DNA of 63,822 nucleotides, filler included, from Welwitschia mirabilis (taxonomy: Eukaryota), in assembly GCA_051453625.1 (NCBI GenBank). It is 5 parts of one record of this genome, joined end to end, with 100 filler letters (N's around TTAATTAATTAA, not from the genome) between each part and the next. Parts side by side here need not be neighbours in the genome. Positions count along the whole stretch, not along the records: positions 1 to 25,443 come from JBOZIK010000001.1; positions 25,544 to 55,326 come from JBOZIK010000001.1; 3 more parts are not named here. One strand, 5' to 3'. The notes under the pieces were generated by a model. The model was not told where the DNA came from. It was given only the letters and a program-made list of their open reading frames with translations, and ran no database searches. Within the stretch, counting starts at the first letter, position 1. Every line of letters starts with the position of its first letter. Below, in pieces: positions 13,501 through 26,619 of this stretch. A program made the position numbers and the translations under genes.

Positions 13501-16500
13501 TGAGGAATAATCTATAGTTTATGAGAAAACATTTGAGGGAGATGGGAAACTAGAATGCTACACATCAGAGGATGAAAGTGATATTGTTGAAATAGAAAAT
13601 GAACCAATTTTCGAGCCACAACTAATGTCACGTGTGCAACCTCATGAGAAAGAATCCTTTATGAACCTTTAACGAGAAAGAGAACATTAACCAACTACCA
13701 TTTCATGATCCATCTTTTCAGCAATCTTTTTCTGAACAACCCTTTAAACCAATTATGAAATTTTCATCTTTTAAGCAAGGCTCAAACCTATATAATGAAG
13801 ACAAACCCTTTACATCTTTGCAACCATCTTCTGATACCTTTCTTAATGACCATTTATCTCCAATGGTTTTCACTTTGTCTTCACCCTAAAACGATATCTT
13901 GCATGAGTAGTTGAGTAAATAAGAATAGGCTAAGGGATGGAAATTGTTGATTTTGAATGAATAAATTTTATGGCTGATGCTAACATTCTTCTGAATTTTA
14001 TCAATTTACGTATAAATGTCTATAGGGATCTGATCACTTCTTTGAATGTGTTATATATTTTTCATACATCATTTAAACATCGCATTTATTATTTTGAACC
14101 TTCATGTATGAAATACCTTGGGAAGTGCCTCGTACAATTTTTAGCTGCTTTGTATGATTTTAAGTTAGGATTTTCTTTTAGAGTAGACTTTCATTTTAAA
14201 ATAAATTTCAGCTTGAAAAAATTAAAAATGTTTGAAAAATTTTGTACTTAATTCCCTTTCTTATTTAAAAATTTTGTACTTAATCACCAACTTAAGCATT
14301 TTCATGGGGGAAATCCAAAATACCATCCTCACCATCAAATAAACCATCATTGCCTTAGATTTCATCATCCACCACTTTCCCTTTTTAGCCACCTAATAAA
14401 CTCCACTAATCACCCTCCCCTTCCATCCATTCATGAAGTCTTTATATTAGATGATCCTAGTTGATGGCCCTTAATTAGAATAAATGGTTAGTAAGTGATA
14501 ACTTTTTCATTTCGAACTAGGTAGAATTTAAGTTTACCTATAGTTTTCTGAGAAAAGGTTTTGCTTATTTTTTAGCTAACTTGTTAAAGTTTAGTTTCAC
14601 TTAAAGTCTTCCAATGGAAAAATATGGTTGAATTAAGGTAGAATCTACTTTCATGTTAAGTGAATTATTTTTAAGCATTTTATAGGGACAAGATTTGTCT
14701 TAATTAGGCTAATGAGCCAACGACCCCTTTATGTGCATTAAAAGAAATTATTAAATATGAGAAGAATGATTAACAAGAAAATAAATATCTCCTCTCCAAA
14801 ATCACATTATTCTTTGATCAATTAAAATTGGTTTTAGTTAAGTGCATCAGGGCTATGAATGCTCGTGAGCAATATAACTCTAATGATTTAATTTATAACA
14901 TGTTCAACTACATCGAGACTGTAAACACTCATTGGCAATGCAACACTAACTCCTTCATAAATCAACATGTTTAACTCTGTTGGAAGAAAATGTCATAACA
15001 CTGAATGCACATTTAGATCGAAATGCTTAAAACAAGAAACAAGTATGATTATAGAAAAAGTAAAAATGGAATGAAAATGGTGGAATTGGGAGATGCTTTT
15101 TGTGATTACCTTTCTTTAACTTGTGTACTTAAGAATTCACTTAACTAGTTTTTGATTACTTGCAAGTTTGCTTAGAGGATATTTTATTTATTTGATATTG
15201 CAATCCTTTTGAATTTCAAATAAAATTTGAGAAATTTTCAATAAATGTGATCATCATCTTAGATATTCTATTTTTTTAATTTGTGGATAATGGAATTTTT
15301 TATTAGGTTGCATATTTATTTCCTAAAGCTTGCATTTTAGTTTAATCCTTGCATTGCAGTTTTCCCTAAATACATTCATCATCATCATGTGCTAGCCTAA
15401 TTAACTTCTTCTCCAAAGCCTTCTATAAATTTTCTATCTTTGTAACTTTAAGAATAAAGTTTAATTTTGGTTAGGAGGTATGGCATCCACTTTTATAGAA
15501 TCTTTTGGATTTTGATGTCTTACTAGTTAAAAATTGATTAAAAATTTTTAAAAATGTCATACCTTTCCTATATTTGCTAGTGTTACTTAGTCAATTTTTC
15601 CATGTTACCATTTCTTTATCAAATTTTTGCTAAGAGACTAGCAAAAGACTAGTTAGGAGATGTGTTTGCATGCCAAAATTGACAGTATTAGTAACTCTAA
15701 TTGATCAATTAACATAAGGAGAAACATTAAAATACATTGTTCTATCCCATATTAATGTTTTCTACCCTTTTTATTGTTTTTCATACAATTATAAGTTTTT
15801 CCTTAACATTAAAAAGTTTGTTGCTAGCTTTTGAAGAATGCTTCCAAATTGACTGATTTCTAGTACCAGACACTAGCACTGCTAGCCTTCTGAGTCAAAG
15901 TTCTACAAATGTCATGTTCTTACATTGTTCTGGGGAATTAATCACTTTGCACTTATGAGCTTAGTTGGATAAAAAATTAGATTTAACCTTAATTCTAGCG
16001 ACACTTGGCAAAAGTACAAATGGATACATCATAGCAACATGTGGTAACAACAAGGATGATCACATGATAGACACATAACATGGCATCTATTGACATCATT
16101 ATCAGCAGTCAAAGGACATGTCATCACCATTTTTGACATCTTTCTTTATGACTACATGCCAAATATAGTTGTAACTCCCTCCTTATGTAGCCACCCTTGA
16201 GTAACTTCCCTTCTGTAACTACCACCTAACACATAAAGATGAACCCCAATTTAATCATGATGATGTCCCTTTAAGCCTTTCCTCGTCTATAGAAGTGTCT
16301 TCAATGCCCATTGTAAACATCTTTTGGTTGACTTAACGTGAGAAAGGCTTGGAGGCTTAGACATAATGGTGCTCTGACACTCTTTATTGGGGGTGGAATG
16401 ATCTAAGGCTTATTGAGGAGCCTTTCTTCTTCACTCTCCTCTAATTGATGGAATGTGTATTCATTTGAGATTTTAACATAAGAGGTGGTTTAAGCCTTTT

Positions 16501-17083
16501 CATTGTTATTACACAATTTACTTAGAATTAGAAATATTTAGGTAGGACTAGTCCTCGAAATGGATTCATTCTTTTGTTGTTAATGGTCAGAAAATGGTAG
16601 TAGCAATCTTTAGATGAGCTTGTTTAATTGTCAAGTTCTTTCAAACTGTGTGAGTTATTTGAAGTTACTTTTATTATTTATAGCTCTCATTGTTTAATGG
16701 ATCTTGTGCACTTAGGTTCATTCTTTTCATGTTTATACAGGGCTATAAAGTATCAGAAGGACTGGATAACTCATTAATACTCATGTAGTGGATGAGATTA
16801 TGCCTTCACATTCAGCCTTAATGACTTAACAATTTAATGCATGTTTCAAGATATAGNNNNNNNNNNTGAATTGCTAAATGCTTGCAACATTTTCATTCCC
16901 TTGCATTGCTAATTGAAGATTACTTCTTTTCTCAAACTTCCTGATTTTCTTTTGTTTGAGTTTTCCATTGCAAGTAGAATTCATCTTGTATCTATTGATT
17001 AAATTTCCCTCATATATCCTTGTGAAGGAATCTTACTAAGTGTTTTACTTAAATTAAATTTGAATCACTGCTGTATACAATCA
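10538..17083 (+). mobile_element. Non-autonomous large LTR element (LARD-like, Athila-type ends) nested in the Sirevirus gag
   Basis: LTRs 10538-11997 and 15663-17083 (both start tgtttgcatg); PBS-like tttggcatccttcttaggga after LTR1; PPT-like agttaggagatg before LTR2; degenerate TSD ctcat/cgtat; no RT/INT motifs in the ~3.7-kb interior. Confidence 0.85.
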
Positions 17084-17088
17084 CGTAT

Positions 17089-17996
17089 TCTAAAGCTACA
17101 TGGCCAAATCCTTTCTACTCATAACATTGAATAGAGGAAGAATTTTTACCTTTATCATTTCCATTGTTAAACGGTTTTCTTGTATTCCTTTCTTCTTTCC
17201 TTTTTCTGATAAATCGTTTGAAGGTTTTTGTTAATCATGCAAGGCTTGAATCTTCTTCTTCATCACCTAAGGGCTCTTCATATTCTTCTTCACAAGCTTT
17301 GAGTGTTATACTTCTCTTCTTTGATGTTTCATCCTTAGGCAAAATTATTGCTTTGTATGCCATTAGAGAATCTTTTAGTGGCTCCATCCCATTTGATCGA
17401 TGTCCTTGCTTTCTTCAATCACTGTAGCTTTTGGTCTAAATTTAGGAGTAAGGCTTCTGAGAATCTTCTAGATCACTCTTTTTTTAGGCATCCTTTCTCC
17501 AAAAGCCCATATACTGTTGACTATGTTACTTATGTTGGTTATGCATTAAAAAAAAAGACTCAGGGTCTTCCATCATGATATTCTCAAGCTTCATAGCAAG
17601 GAGTTGTAGCTTAGTATTTTTTACCATGTTCATTCCTTAATGTGCAATCCTGAGAGTTTCCCACATGTCTTTTGCTATAGTGCACTAGGCTACTCTGTCA
17701 TACTCCTCGAAGGATATTGCATAAATGATCACATTCATTACCCTTGCATTGAATTGAATCTTCCATTTGTCATCAGGATTTCATTTACTTTTTGGTTTTA
17801 AGATAGACTTGCCATCGCTATTGAAAGCTATAAGGAGTTGATATCCACTCAAGATGGTTTCTCTAATGCTTGGATCAAGAGAGGTCAAAAAGATCATCAT
17901 CTTAAACCTCCAATAGACATAATTTGTTCTATTGAAGAATGGCAGTGTAGTAATAGCCTAACCTTCTGGATACCCTTGGAAACTTGAGGATATCAT
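17089..17996 (-). pseudogene. Sirevirus-like gag (UBN2/Retrotran_gag_2 type) ending in a split zinc knuckle
   Basis: PFFNRTNYVYWRFKMMIFL...FNARVMNVI...AKDMWETLRIAH; CYE*KGFGHVALE (CCHC knuckle). Confidence 0.85.
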
Positions 17997-18047
17997 AAAC
18001 TTATAGACCTAAAAACAAAGATTACTAAATAAATCTAGAGCAACCAA

Positions 18048-18059
18048 ACTCTAATACCA
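18048..18059 (-). promoter_or_regulatory. Primer-binding site (tRNA-iMet type)
   Basis: Reverse complement TGGTATTAGAGT, close to TGGTATCAGAGC, adjacent to the LTR boundary at 18062. Confidence 0.8.
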
Positions 18060-18061
18060 AT

Positions 18062-19115
18062 TGTTAGGATCAAAATGGCACCCTGAAGTGGGCATGGGGA
18101 GGTGGGGAGAGGGGTGTGGAGGGGGGGATAGGGTATTTATAGCAGAATCATTTGATAATTAAAATAATAATCTTAAAAAATTTAAACAAACTTAATTAAA
18201 AAAATGAAAGCACACATAGTAAAGAACACCATCAATTTACTATGGTTCGACAAGGGGTTTACTCCACTCGTAGGAGGCAACAATGGCCTTTAGCCTCCTA
18301 GTTCTTTTAATGCTTTTCTTCATAACACTCAAAATCCACTTATACTAAAGGGTCTCTGATCCTTCTAGCATCCTTCACAAGGGTCTTAACACTTTCACAG
18401 TAGGCTCTCCCAAAGAATAATATAATAGCTCTAAGCTGATATGAGTTATGATGGAACATATCCTTAACTTGCATCAATCATCAACTTATACAATCGAGTG
18501 CTCCTTAAGGAGCTAATGTCTAAATAGGATACAGAGCAATTACCATAAAAGAATAGAACAAAGGATAGTACAAGGTATACAATGTCTATCAAAATTTTCT
18601 CAGAGATTAGAAGACAGTTTTTTCATGGACATGGTGCCCTTTTAATATCATGACACTAAAAGCTAGTTGTTACAACTTCATGTAGAATGCCCTTTTTCTT
18701 TGGCTAATGTACTAAATGAATGTTCTAACTATTTTCTCCTTGATTTGCTAAATCTGATGCTTCTAATGATCAACCTTTTGCTTCACTATTTGCTAACCTG
18801 AATGTTCTAGTCTAAAATCGTGGGTGTCATAGTTTTAATTACTTTTTCATTCTAATTGAAAGGAAGGCTAGATGTCTCGATACAAAGGGTACATGTCTAT
18901 CTTTCACAATGTTCTATATAGTTCTGGATGTCCTAAGAATATAGGTCAGATGTCCCAATGAGAATTAACTACTAATAGGCTTGGACGTCCCAAGAAGATA
19001 GGTTAGACATGCTCATACAAAATGTTGTGTATAGGTCCAAATGTCCCAAACAGCAGAGGTGAACATCCCAAGATTTTAGTTAGTTTAATTCAGAATGTGA
19101 AAAACCCAAGATCAT
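18062..19115 (-). repeat. 5' LTR of the Sirevirus-like element (outer end slightly truncated)
   Basis: Begins tgttaggatc like the LTRs at 50286 and 50679; similarity to 3546-4697 stops at cccaagatcat. Confidence 0.85.
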
Positions 19116-20850
19116 ATCTTCAGTTATTCTTAATGGTGACTTCACAGAGTCGTCGGCTAATTACAATTGAACTTTAGTTCTTTTAAGATCGTTTAAGCTA
19201 AGTTTCTTACACACATAATAAAGTAGAGTATTGACACTCACTCTAAGGTCCAACAAGGCTTGCTTAATGTTTTTATTTTTAATTATAATAGTTATCATTA
19301 GACAACTAGGACAATTATACTTGGGAAAAAATGGTTTTGAATGATCGTGTTGGTCTATTAGGCTAAAAAGCCTTTACTTTTCATGTTTATGTGTTTCTTC
19401 ACTATGCACATATCCTTAAGGAATTTTGCATATGAGGGCATCGTTTTAATTACTTCTAAAGGAAGCATGTTAATTTTGACTTCCTTAAAAATTTCTAAGG
19501 ACTCTAACTGTTGTTTTTCTATGTTCTTCTTCCTAAGTTGTTGTGGAAATGGTAAAGGCTCTTTGTAAATGGACAAGGGTTTTTCTAAGGCCTTTACTAA
19601 TTTCTTGTTCATAGCCTAAGGAAAAGGTAAAGGTTCTTTGTAAGAAGTTGTAGATGTCTTTGTGTCATTTACTTTATCCTTCTCTTTACCTTAAGACTGA
19701 TTCAGATTTATGTCTTAGTTTATTTCTATGCTGCTTTGAAGTTGAATGGCTTTAGTTTGTTCTATTTGACTCGACCGTTCTTCTATGAACCTAACTCCTT
19801 TTGGATTTAGCTATGAACGTATGGGGAGTTTTCTTGGTTCTCTTTGGTTGATTGATTGTTTTAATTATATGAATTATCTTGTTTCCAAGAAAAAGTAGGG
19901 TGATTCCTCCACCCAAGGTTATAGCTATTGGAATAGGGATCATTTTTTTGGTTTTGCCACTATTTTCCTATCACATTAACTTGTTCATTTATAGAGTACT
20001 AAAATAAGGGAATGGATGAGCACTCGGCTATTTCTTGGATTTTTATATGGCAAACTAGACATTCAGGTTTGGAAGGCAACTGTAAACGTGAGGTGTACAA
20101 TGATCCTACTCTTCATGCTAACTCGTTTATCTTATTATTGACATTAAAGTCATCAAGTACTTTGAATACATTAGTGAACCTAGGCTTCTCCTAATTTTTG
20201 GCACTCTCAACTATGGTTTTGAGGTAGTTCGAAATTTTATCTAATGGCATACTAAGGAAATTACCCCTCCTCATCATCTCAACTAATTGCATATTATTTG
20301 TGGACAATCCATCATAAAAGAAATTAATTTTACTCGCTAGTTCAAATCCATGCTATGTGCATTTTTGTAAAAAGTCCCTAAATCTTTTTAGGGCTTGGAA
20401 AAAGGTCTCATGATCCTTTTGCTGATAGTTTATTATTTCTCTTCTTAAAATGTTTGTCTTAAGATTTGGGAAAAATTTAGATATAAAAGCCTTATTTAAA
20501 TTGGAACATGATCTAATGGATAAGGGCTTGAGGGTGTAAAGCCATGATTTTGCCCTCTCTTTTAAGAAAAATAAAAAGAGAGTATGCTTAAGGGTGTCAT
20601 ATGTGTTTGGATATTAAGGTATGATTCACAACATACATCCAAATTCTTTAAGATGTAAGTATGAGTCCTTAGATTTTAAACCATGGAAGTGAGATAAAAG
20701 GTGAATGGTAGATGGTTTGAAGTCTAATCTTTAATTCATAGGTGGTTGTACTATGTAAGAAGGGGTTTCTAAGCATTGAGATTAAAGGTAATCACGAAGG
20801 GTTTGCTTAATGGAATTATTGGCTACATTAGCTTGGGCTTTGGCTATCTC
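19116..20850 (-). pseudogene. Athila-like Ty3/gypsy gag-protease remnant
   Basis: LRDYL...FKPSTIHLLSHFHGLKSKDSYLHLKEF (Retrotrans_gag); PLPFPQQLRK...LEIFKEVKINMLPLEVIKTMPSYAKFLKDMC; ALLDLRVSVN...LADDSVKSPLRITED. Confidence 0.88.
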
Positions 20851-21187
20851 TTAGCTAATGTAGAAGACATTTAATTGATCGATTAGTCATGGTTTGAGTA
20901 AGGTACATTTAAGGGAAATCAAAAACTAGATTGAGCATTTGAGTTTTATTATTATGATGATAAGGCTTGTTTTCTTTGATAATTATCCTAAAGTTGGTTC
21001 TTCTGTGGATTTCTCCATTCTTATTTGGAAATAGGGTCCATATTGAAGGGATTTCTAATCAATTTATCTAACTCCTTATTGTGTTGCNNNNNNNNNNNNN
21101 NNNNNNNNNNNNNNNNNNNNNNNNNNNNNNNNNNNNNNNNNNNNNNNNNNNNNNNNNNNNNNNNNNNNNNNNNNNNNNNNNNNNNNN

Positions 21188-24100
21188 TTGCGAAATTGTA
21201 TGTATTTGATAGAGTATTTTGAATAGTTTTGCAAGACATTAGATAGGTTTATGCTAAGTTTCAACAATAATGGAGAGTAAGTCGAATGTTGCAAAAATAT
21301 GCAATCTTCATTATATTGAGAACATTTGAAGCAATTTACACTACTTCCTATCTAAAGCAATAGTCCTATAATCAAAGAGGCTAATGTAACACAAGAAACA
21401 CTTTATAAAAGTCCATCATCCACTTAATCGTCTGGACGACCATACAGATGACAAAAATACCTAAGCTAAAGAGGATGCTTATTGGATCAATGTGAAACTT
21501 ATATGATGTGGCATCGTCTCCTGTGATGTTCGGACAGCTAGTAGGACTACAATTGAAATAAATTCTTCACTAAACTTCACCAAACTATGGCCATATGACT
21601 TGCATTTTCTTGCACAGTTGTTAAGGTTATTAGAATGTCTATTTGTATTTTTTGATTTTATAGTCTATTTTGTAATAAATACCTCCTCCACCCTCAACTC
21701 TGATTTTCATCTTCTATGACATCGAAAATTCTCATGATAGGAAATTGAAGGGTAGGAGATCCATCCATTGTTATTGTAGAGAGATGTCTTTATTGATGTT
21801 AGACTATGTATCCTTCATTAAGATGTTGCTGCTTTGTAATATGGATGTTGGTACACTTCTAATTGAAACTCTATTTTTCTTGTTATATCCTTTATTATGT
21901 GCATCTCCCTTATAGTTTATGTTGTCTTTGATTCCATAATAGCTTCTTTAGTAATATAGATCATGAGGGCAACCTTTATTAAGGTTGACATTATTAGTTT
22001 AAATGCATTGCATTTCATTTCTTAGATTAACTTTGCAATGTTTTTATATTTTGTTCAACATATCGGATAGCTTAGGTATTCTTGATCTAATGATAAGCTT
22101 TCTTTGATTTATCTAGGTTATACAAGGCCGATCTTTATGATAAATTAATTTAGTAATTGGATAGAAGTTGCATTTAGAATAGGATTTGCATTTCATTTGC
22201 ATTATTATTTTTATCTTATTATTTTGTTCTACTTTAAGGTTACATAGCGTTTCATTTTTGAAATCAATTCTCTTTCTTCTCACCTGCGCTTTTAATGAGA
22301 TTACAACATTTGAGTTACTCCTATTTATATTAGTGTGTTGTGTTGTGCAAAATCTATATATATTTGTGATTTACAGGATTTACTTGAGAATGTAATGTTT
22401 GCACAAATATATACCGTAACATTTTAGAGCCATTGCTAGGAAGGCTACTTGGAATTCAGGGATTATTGTTACTTAAGTAAGTGTAGTAGCATTGTATTCT
22501 TACAATAGAAATGTAAGTTTTTCTTTCTGCATTTTTTATTTTGCGTTCTGACATAAAAGCCCTGTCATTCCTCTTATCGTCTAGACCTTGTGTGGTGAAG
22601 ACAACCTACATAACTTAGGATTTCCATTTTTCTTAAGAACTATGGCTTTTTTATTAGCCCCTCTATCATCTAGATGACTTAGTGGATGACAGACTGTTTT
22701 TATTGTATGTTATTTCATGATTCTATTTATTTTGCATTTTTCCTTTTTTTTTTTTGTGCTATCGTCTAGGTAAATCATCTAGACAACAGCAGAGATGACA
22801 CATTCAAGATAGAAGTAAGTATGCTGGGACATGGTGACTTCTAGTAAAAAGGCAAAATATCAGAGAAAGTGACTGTTGATGGAAGAAAACATCCAAGAAG
22901 GTTTGGTAGACTCCAAACTTAACCCAGGTATACAAAATATTCCAAAACTTCAGCAAGAAGATTTTCTTGCATTTACTATTTCTGAATCTGATTTTTTCAA
23001 AAGAAAATTTTTCAAAAGATAGTTTAGAAGAAAATTGTTTTATTACAATGTCAAATTCATCATAAAAACAGAAACAAGTTGCTTCTCCTAATCCCCTATT
23101 ATTGTTGAAACCTCTACTGCTACCTCTGTAAATCCTAACATTAATGTTACCCTTAAAAAACTTATACCTAATAAGAAACATGAAATCTAAAATCCTTTTG
23201 ACTTACCTCCTAGTAATGATGTTAAGTTAAGAAATTTAAATGCTTATCCTATTTTTAATGGAGAAAATGATAAAGATCCCCTCCAACACATAGCCGACAT
23301 CGAATAATTAGTACTTACTTCCAAAAATGGTAAAATATGAATTAGTGATCATACTTACATGGTTATTTTTTCCATTACTTTAAAAGGAAAAGCTAAAATA
23401 TGGTTAAGGACTATTCCACATAAAAATTTAAAAACATTGAATCAAGTTCAAGATACATTTATAAAAAAATTTTTGTGTGAAACAACAATAAGAAAAAGAA
23501 AGAAAAAAGTAACAAATTTTCAACAATAACCTAATGAAGATTATACCTCACTTATAAGTAATTTTTCGTTGCCATACATTCTAACCTTATAGATGCTTTC
23601 GCTCAAGAACAATTAGTAGCTTATTTCTGTAATGGACTTAATAGCCAAATCAAATAACTTATAGAATTTTCATGTGAGAAAATTTGATGAATATTACTTT
23701 AGAAAATGTATGGAAATTATTGGAAGAACTTCTAAAAGTAAATTAAAACTTAGCCTAAACCAACACCTAAAGAAAATCGTATAGTAAGTTAAATCATAAA
23801 AGACCTTAAAGAAGTTAAACAAGAAAAGGAGGAAGTAAAAACAAAAAAAAAAAAACCAATAAGTGTTATTAAGAATTTCATTACAATACTAGAAAGATAC
23901 ACTCAAATGATTTTAGATGTAAAGGTGATAACAGAAAAGAGTGTGGTTGTGGTTCCAACTCATGATTTGTGTAAAGACAAGTATCATATAATAAAAGATT
24001 GTCCTCTACTATCAACTTATAAAGTAAAGATTTATGAAGAGGTATGTGCATTCAATCAGAGGTATTCAAACTTTAGAAACCAAAATAAAAATTAATTTCA

Positions 24101-25176
24101 ACATCAAAATCAATTTCAACCTAAGATAAATGGACAATCAAACTTTCAATCCTTTGAAAACAAATTTAAGAACTTTCAAGTAAATCATCCAAATTTTCAA
24201 CCATTTAGAAATAGATTTGAGAATGCTAACTTTCAAACAAATAACTTAAACTTCCAACCAAGCAACTCTAATTATTAAGCAAGTATATCAAACTCACAAA
24301 GTCAAAATGATTCACTTAGAAATTTCATTAAGGAGTTAAGAAAATTTCAAGNNNNNNNNNNNNNNNNNNNNNNNNNNNNNNNNNNNNNNNNNNNNNNNNN
24401 NNNNNNNNNNNNNNNNNNNNNNNNNNNNNNNNNNNNNNNNNNNNNNNNNNNNNNNNNNNNNNNNNNNNNNNNNNNNNNNNNNNNNNNNNNNNNNNNNNNN
24501 NNNNNNNNNNNNNNNNNNNNNNNNNNNNNNNNNNNNNNNNNNNNNNNNNNNNNNNNNNNNNNNNNNNNNNNNNNNNNNNNNNNTTAGAAAATCATAGTTT
24601 TCTTTCTCCTTTAAATGATGATAAGAAAAATTCTTCTCAAGATAAAGGTAAGAAGCCTGCTACTTCTTGGCTTAATAGATTAAATACTAATCTTAAATCC
24701 TTAATGCAAAATATGAGCATTTACCATTTTGGAAACTTTTATAAGAGAAACCTAAATTTACTAAGTTGTGGAAAGATCTAATTAGGAGGAAACAAAAATA
24801 AATTGTACCTAGTAAAGTCTTCCTAGCCCAATCTATAACCAACATAGTTTTACAAAAATGTCCGAAGTTTAAAGATCTAGGAGTAGGAATAGTTAATGTC
24901 ACATTAGAAGGAAATAAAAGAATAAAGAAAGCCTTAATCAATATAGGAGTGAGTGTTAATATTATACATTTACATATTTGTCAATAACTTAGTTTAGAAA
25001 GTAGAATTGAGCCTACAAGAATTGTTTAAAAATTAGCAGATACATCAGTGAAGAAACATTTAGGATTAATTAAAGATTTAATGATTCAAATTAAAGAAGC
25101 ATTCTATCCAATAGATATACTTGTGATCGAAGTTGAGCATAACGGAAGTTATCCACTGCTTTTAGGTAAAGCTTTT
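21188..25176 (+). mobile_element. Ty3/gypsy (Athila-like) 5' portion: LTR part, PBS, gag and protease, degraded
   Basis: LTR-like end ...ccgtaaca at 22421, then degenerate PBS ttttagagccattgctagga; PIFNGENDKDPLQHIADIE, ITLKGKAKIWL; KALINIGVSVNI...LADTSVK...YPIDILVIE...PLLLGKAF. Confidence 0.78.
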
Positions 25177-25443
25177 TGTAGAGATGATGGGTTTCAATGA
25201 TGAACGAAGAACTCGTATCAGCACATTGTTTCTTGTAGTAATTCAGAAGCTGTACCAGACGGGACGTCCGTCCTTCAAACTGGGACGTCCGACCCTAAAC
25301 ACAGTTCAAATATATGGGGACGTCCACCCTGTTAAGCGGGACGTTCGAACTAGATGCAGTCAGAATATATGAGGACGTCCGCCCTGTTAAGTGGGACGTC
25401 CGAACTAGATGCAGTCAAAATGTATGGGGACGTCCGCCCTGTT
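25177..25443 (+). repeat. 5' end of a Sirevirus-like LTR with 55-bp tandem units rich in GGACGTCC
   Basis: Starts TGTAGAGA like the LTR end at 51838 (minus strand); units gggacgtcc.ccctgttaag.gggacgt.cgaactagatgcagtca. Confidence 0.8.
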
Positions 25444-25543
25444 NNNNNNNNNNNNNNNNNNNNNNNNNNNNNNNNNNNNNNNNNNNNTTAATTAATTAAN
25501 NNNNNNNNNNNNNNNNNNNNNNNNNNNNNNNNNNNNNNNNNNN
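25444..25543. other. Artificial scaffold spacer N44-TTAATTAATTAA-N44
   Basis: Identical 100-bp construct recurs at 55327-55426, 57579-57678 and 62558-62657. Confidence 0.95.
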
Positions 25544-25698
25544 TAACCCTAACTTCTAGAACTTTCTAGATGACCCCATTAGATTTTCCTTCTCCTGTTA
25601 ATATTAAATTACAACAAGAAAGGGGACTATATAAAAATATATGAAGTCACACTACAAAGGAATAAATATCATCAAGAAATTTGGCTTCACTTCCAACA
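25544..25698 (-). repeat. Copia-type LTR fragment
   Basis: Closely similar to 34676-34774; terminus tccaaca (TGTTGGA on the minus strand). Confidence 0.7.
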
Positions 25699-26619
25699 CA
25701 TTGAGGGCTTGGATACAAGGCTTACACCACAATGAACAAGATGAGGTAAGGGACCATGTTCCAAGTATTTTTCAATGGCTTCCGTACTCTTGCAACTTTT
25801 GATACATCATCTAGGTAATACATACGCTTCTTTGACAAGGAGAAGCTCCTTGCTTAAATGGCTTAAGATTAAGTTAGGAAGTTAAGAGAGTTGATTATGC
25901 AAAAACTAGTACTGTTGCTACTTGCATCATTGAGCAACTACAAATATCCACACATTTAGTTTGTAATAGAAAAGTTGTTAGTGGCAGCTATCGCTAGGGC
26001 GACTTTATGTGGCAGTAATTGACGAAGGCGTAGCTAGATACTATCGTTGGGTGTCATGTGGCAACAATTTTAGTGAAACACGGAAGAAGGCATCACTGGG
26101 TTGTCATTGGGCGATGTTAAGTAGTGGGAGTCTCAGTGGAACATACAAAAAAAAAAAAAAGTTGTTGCTTCACTGGTGTTTATGTTGTTGCAACTTTGTT
26201 GCTGCTTGCATTGTTGGGCAACTACAAGTAGTGAGAATTTTGTCATTATCTAATTTCTTGCTTTTTTTTTTGAGTCTATTCATGATTTGATCTTATTTTG
26301 ACTCCATTGAAAACCCATAACCTCATAAAACACTTGAAAATTCCATCATTAGTACCTTCATAGGCCTTATTTGTTATGTCTATCAGCTATGAGGAGATGA
26401 AACCTTGTTAAATCTTTTGTGTGCCTTTTCTGGTTTCTTTGTTTTCTTTGTTTATTTTGCTCTCTGCTACACTTATTCTAATAACAAGTGGCATTAAAGG
26501 CTTTGGTTTGAGAAGATGTTTAGTTTGACATGCACTTGTGTTCATAATAAGCCAACAACAAAGGATGCGAAGGGCATATCTATGAGCAAGCGAACCAAGC
26601 AAGTGGGTTTTGTGTCTAT

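Larger units (their letters stand above)
3546..19115 (-). mobile_element. Decayed full-length Sirevirus-like (SIRE/Maximus) Ty1/copia element carrying a nested insertion
   Basis: Two related LTRs (3546-4697, 18062-19115), PBS, UBN2-type gag, GAG-pre-integrase/INT/RT/RH, extra ORF after pol, several PPT-like tracts at 4698-5085. Confidence 0.88.

Noticed and set aside
13970..14251. 93-aa ORF inside the non-autonomous LTR element
   Set aside because: No recognisable motif in AT-rich sequence; cannot be supported as a gene without a homology search
25261..25443. Regularly spaced palindromic repeats resembling a CRISPR array (also 51375-51755)
   Set aside because: Spacers are themselves repeated, the context is a eukaryotic LTR, and there are no cas genes
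25444..25543. Recurrent TTAATTAATTAA palindrome within N runs (also 55371, 57623, 62602)
   Set aside because: Always N44-12mer-N44, 100 bp in total; an artificial all-frame-stop scaffold linker, not biology
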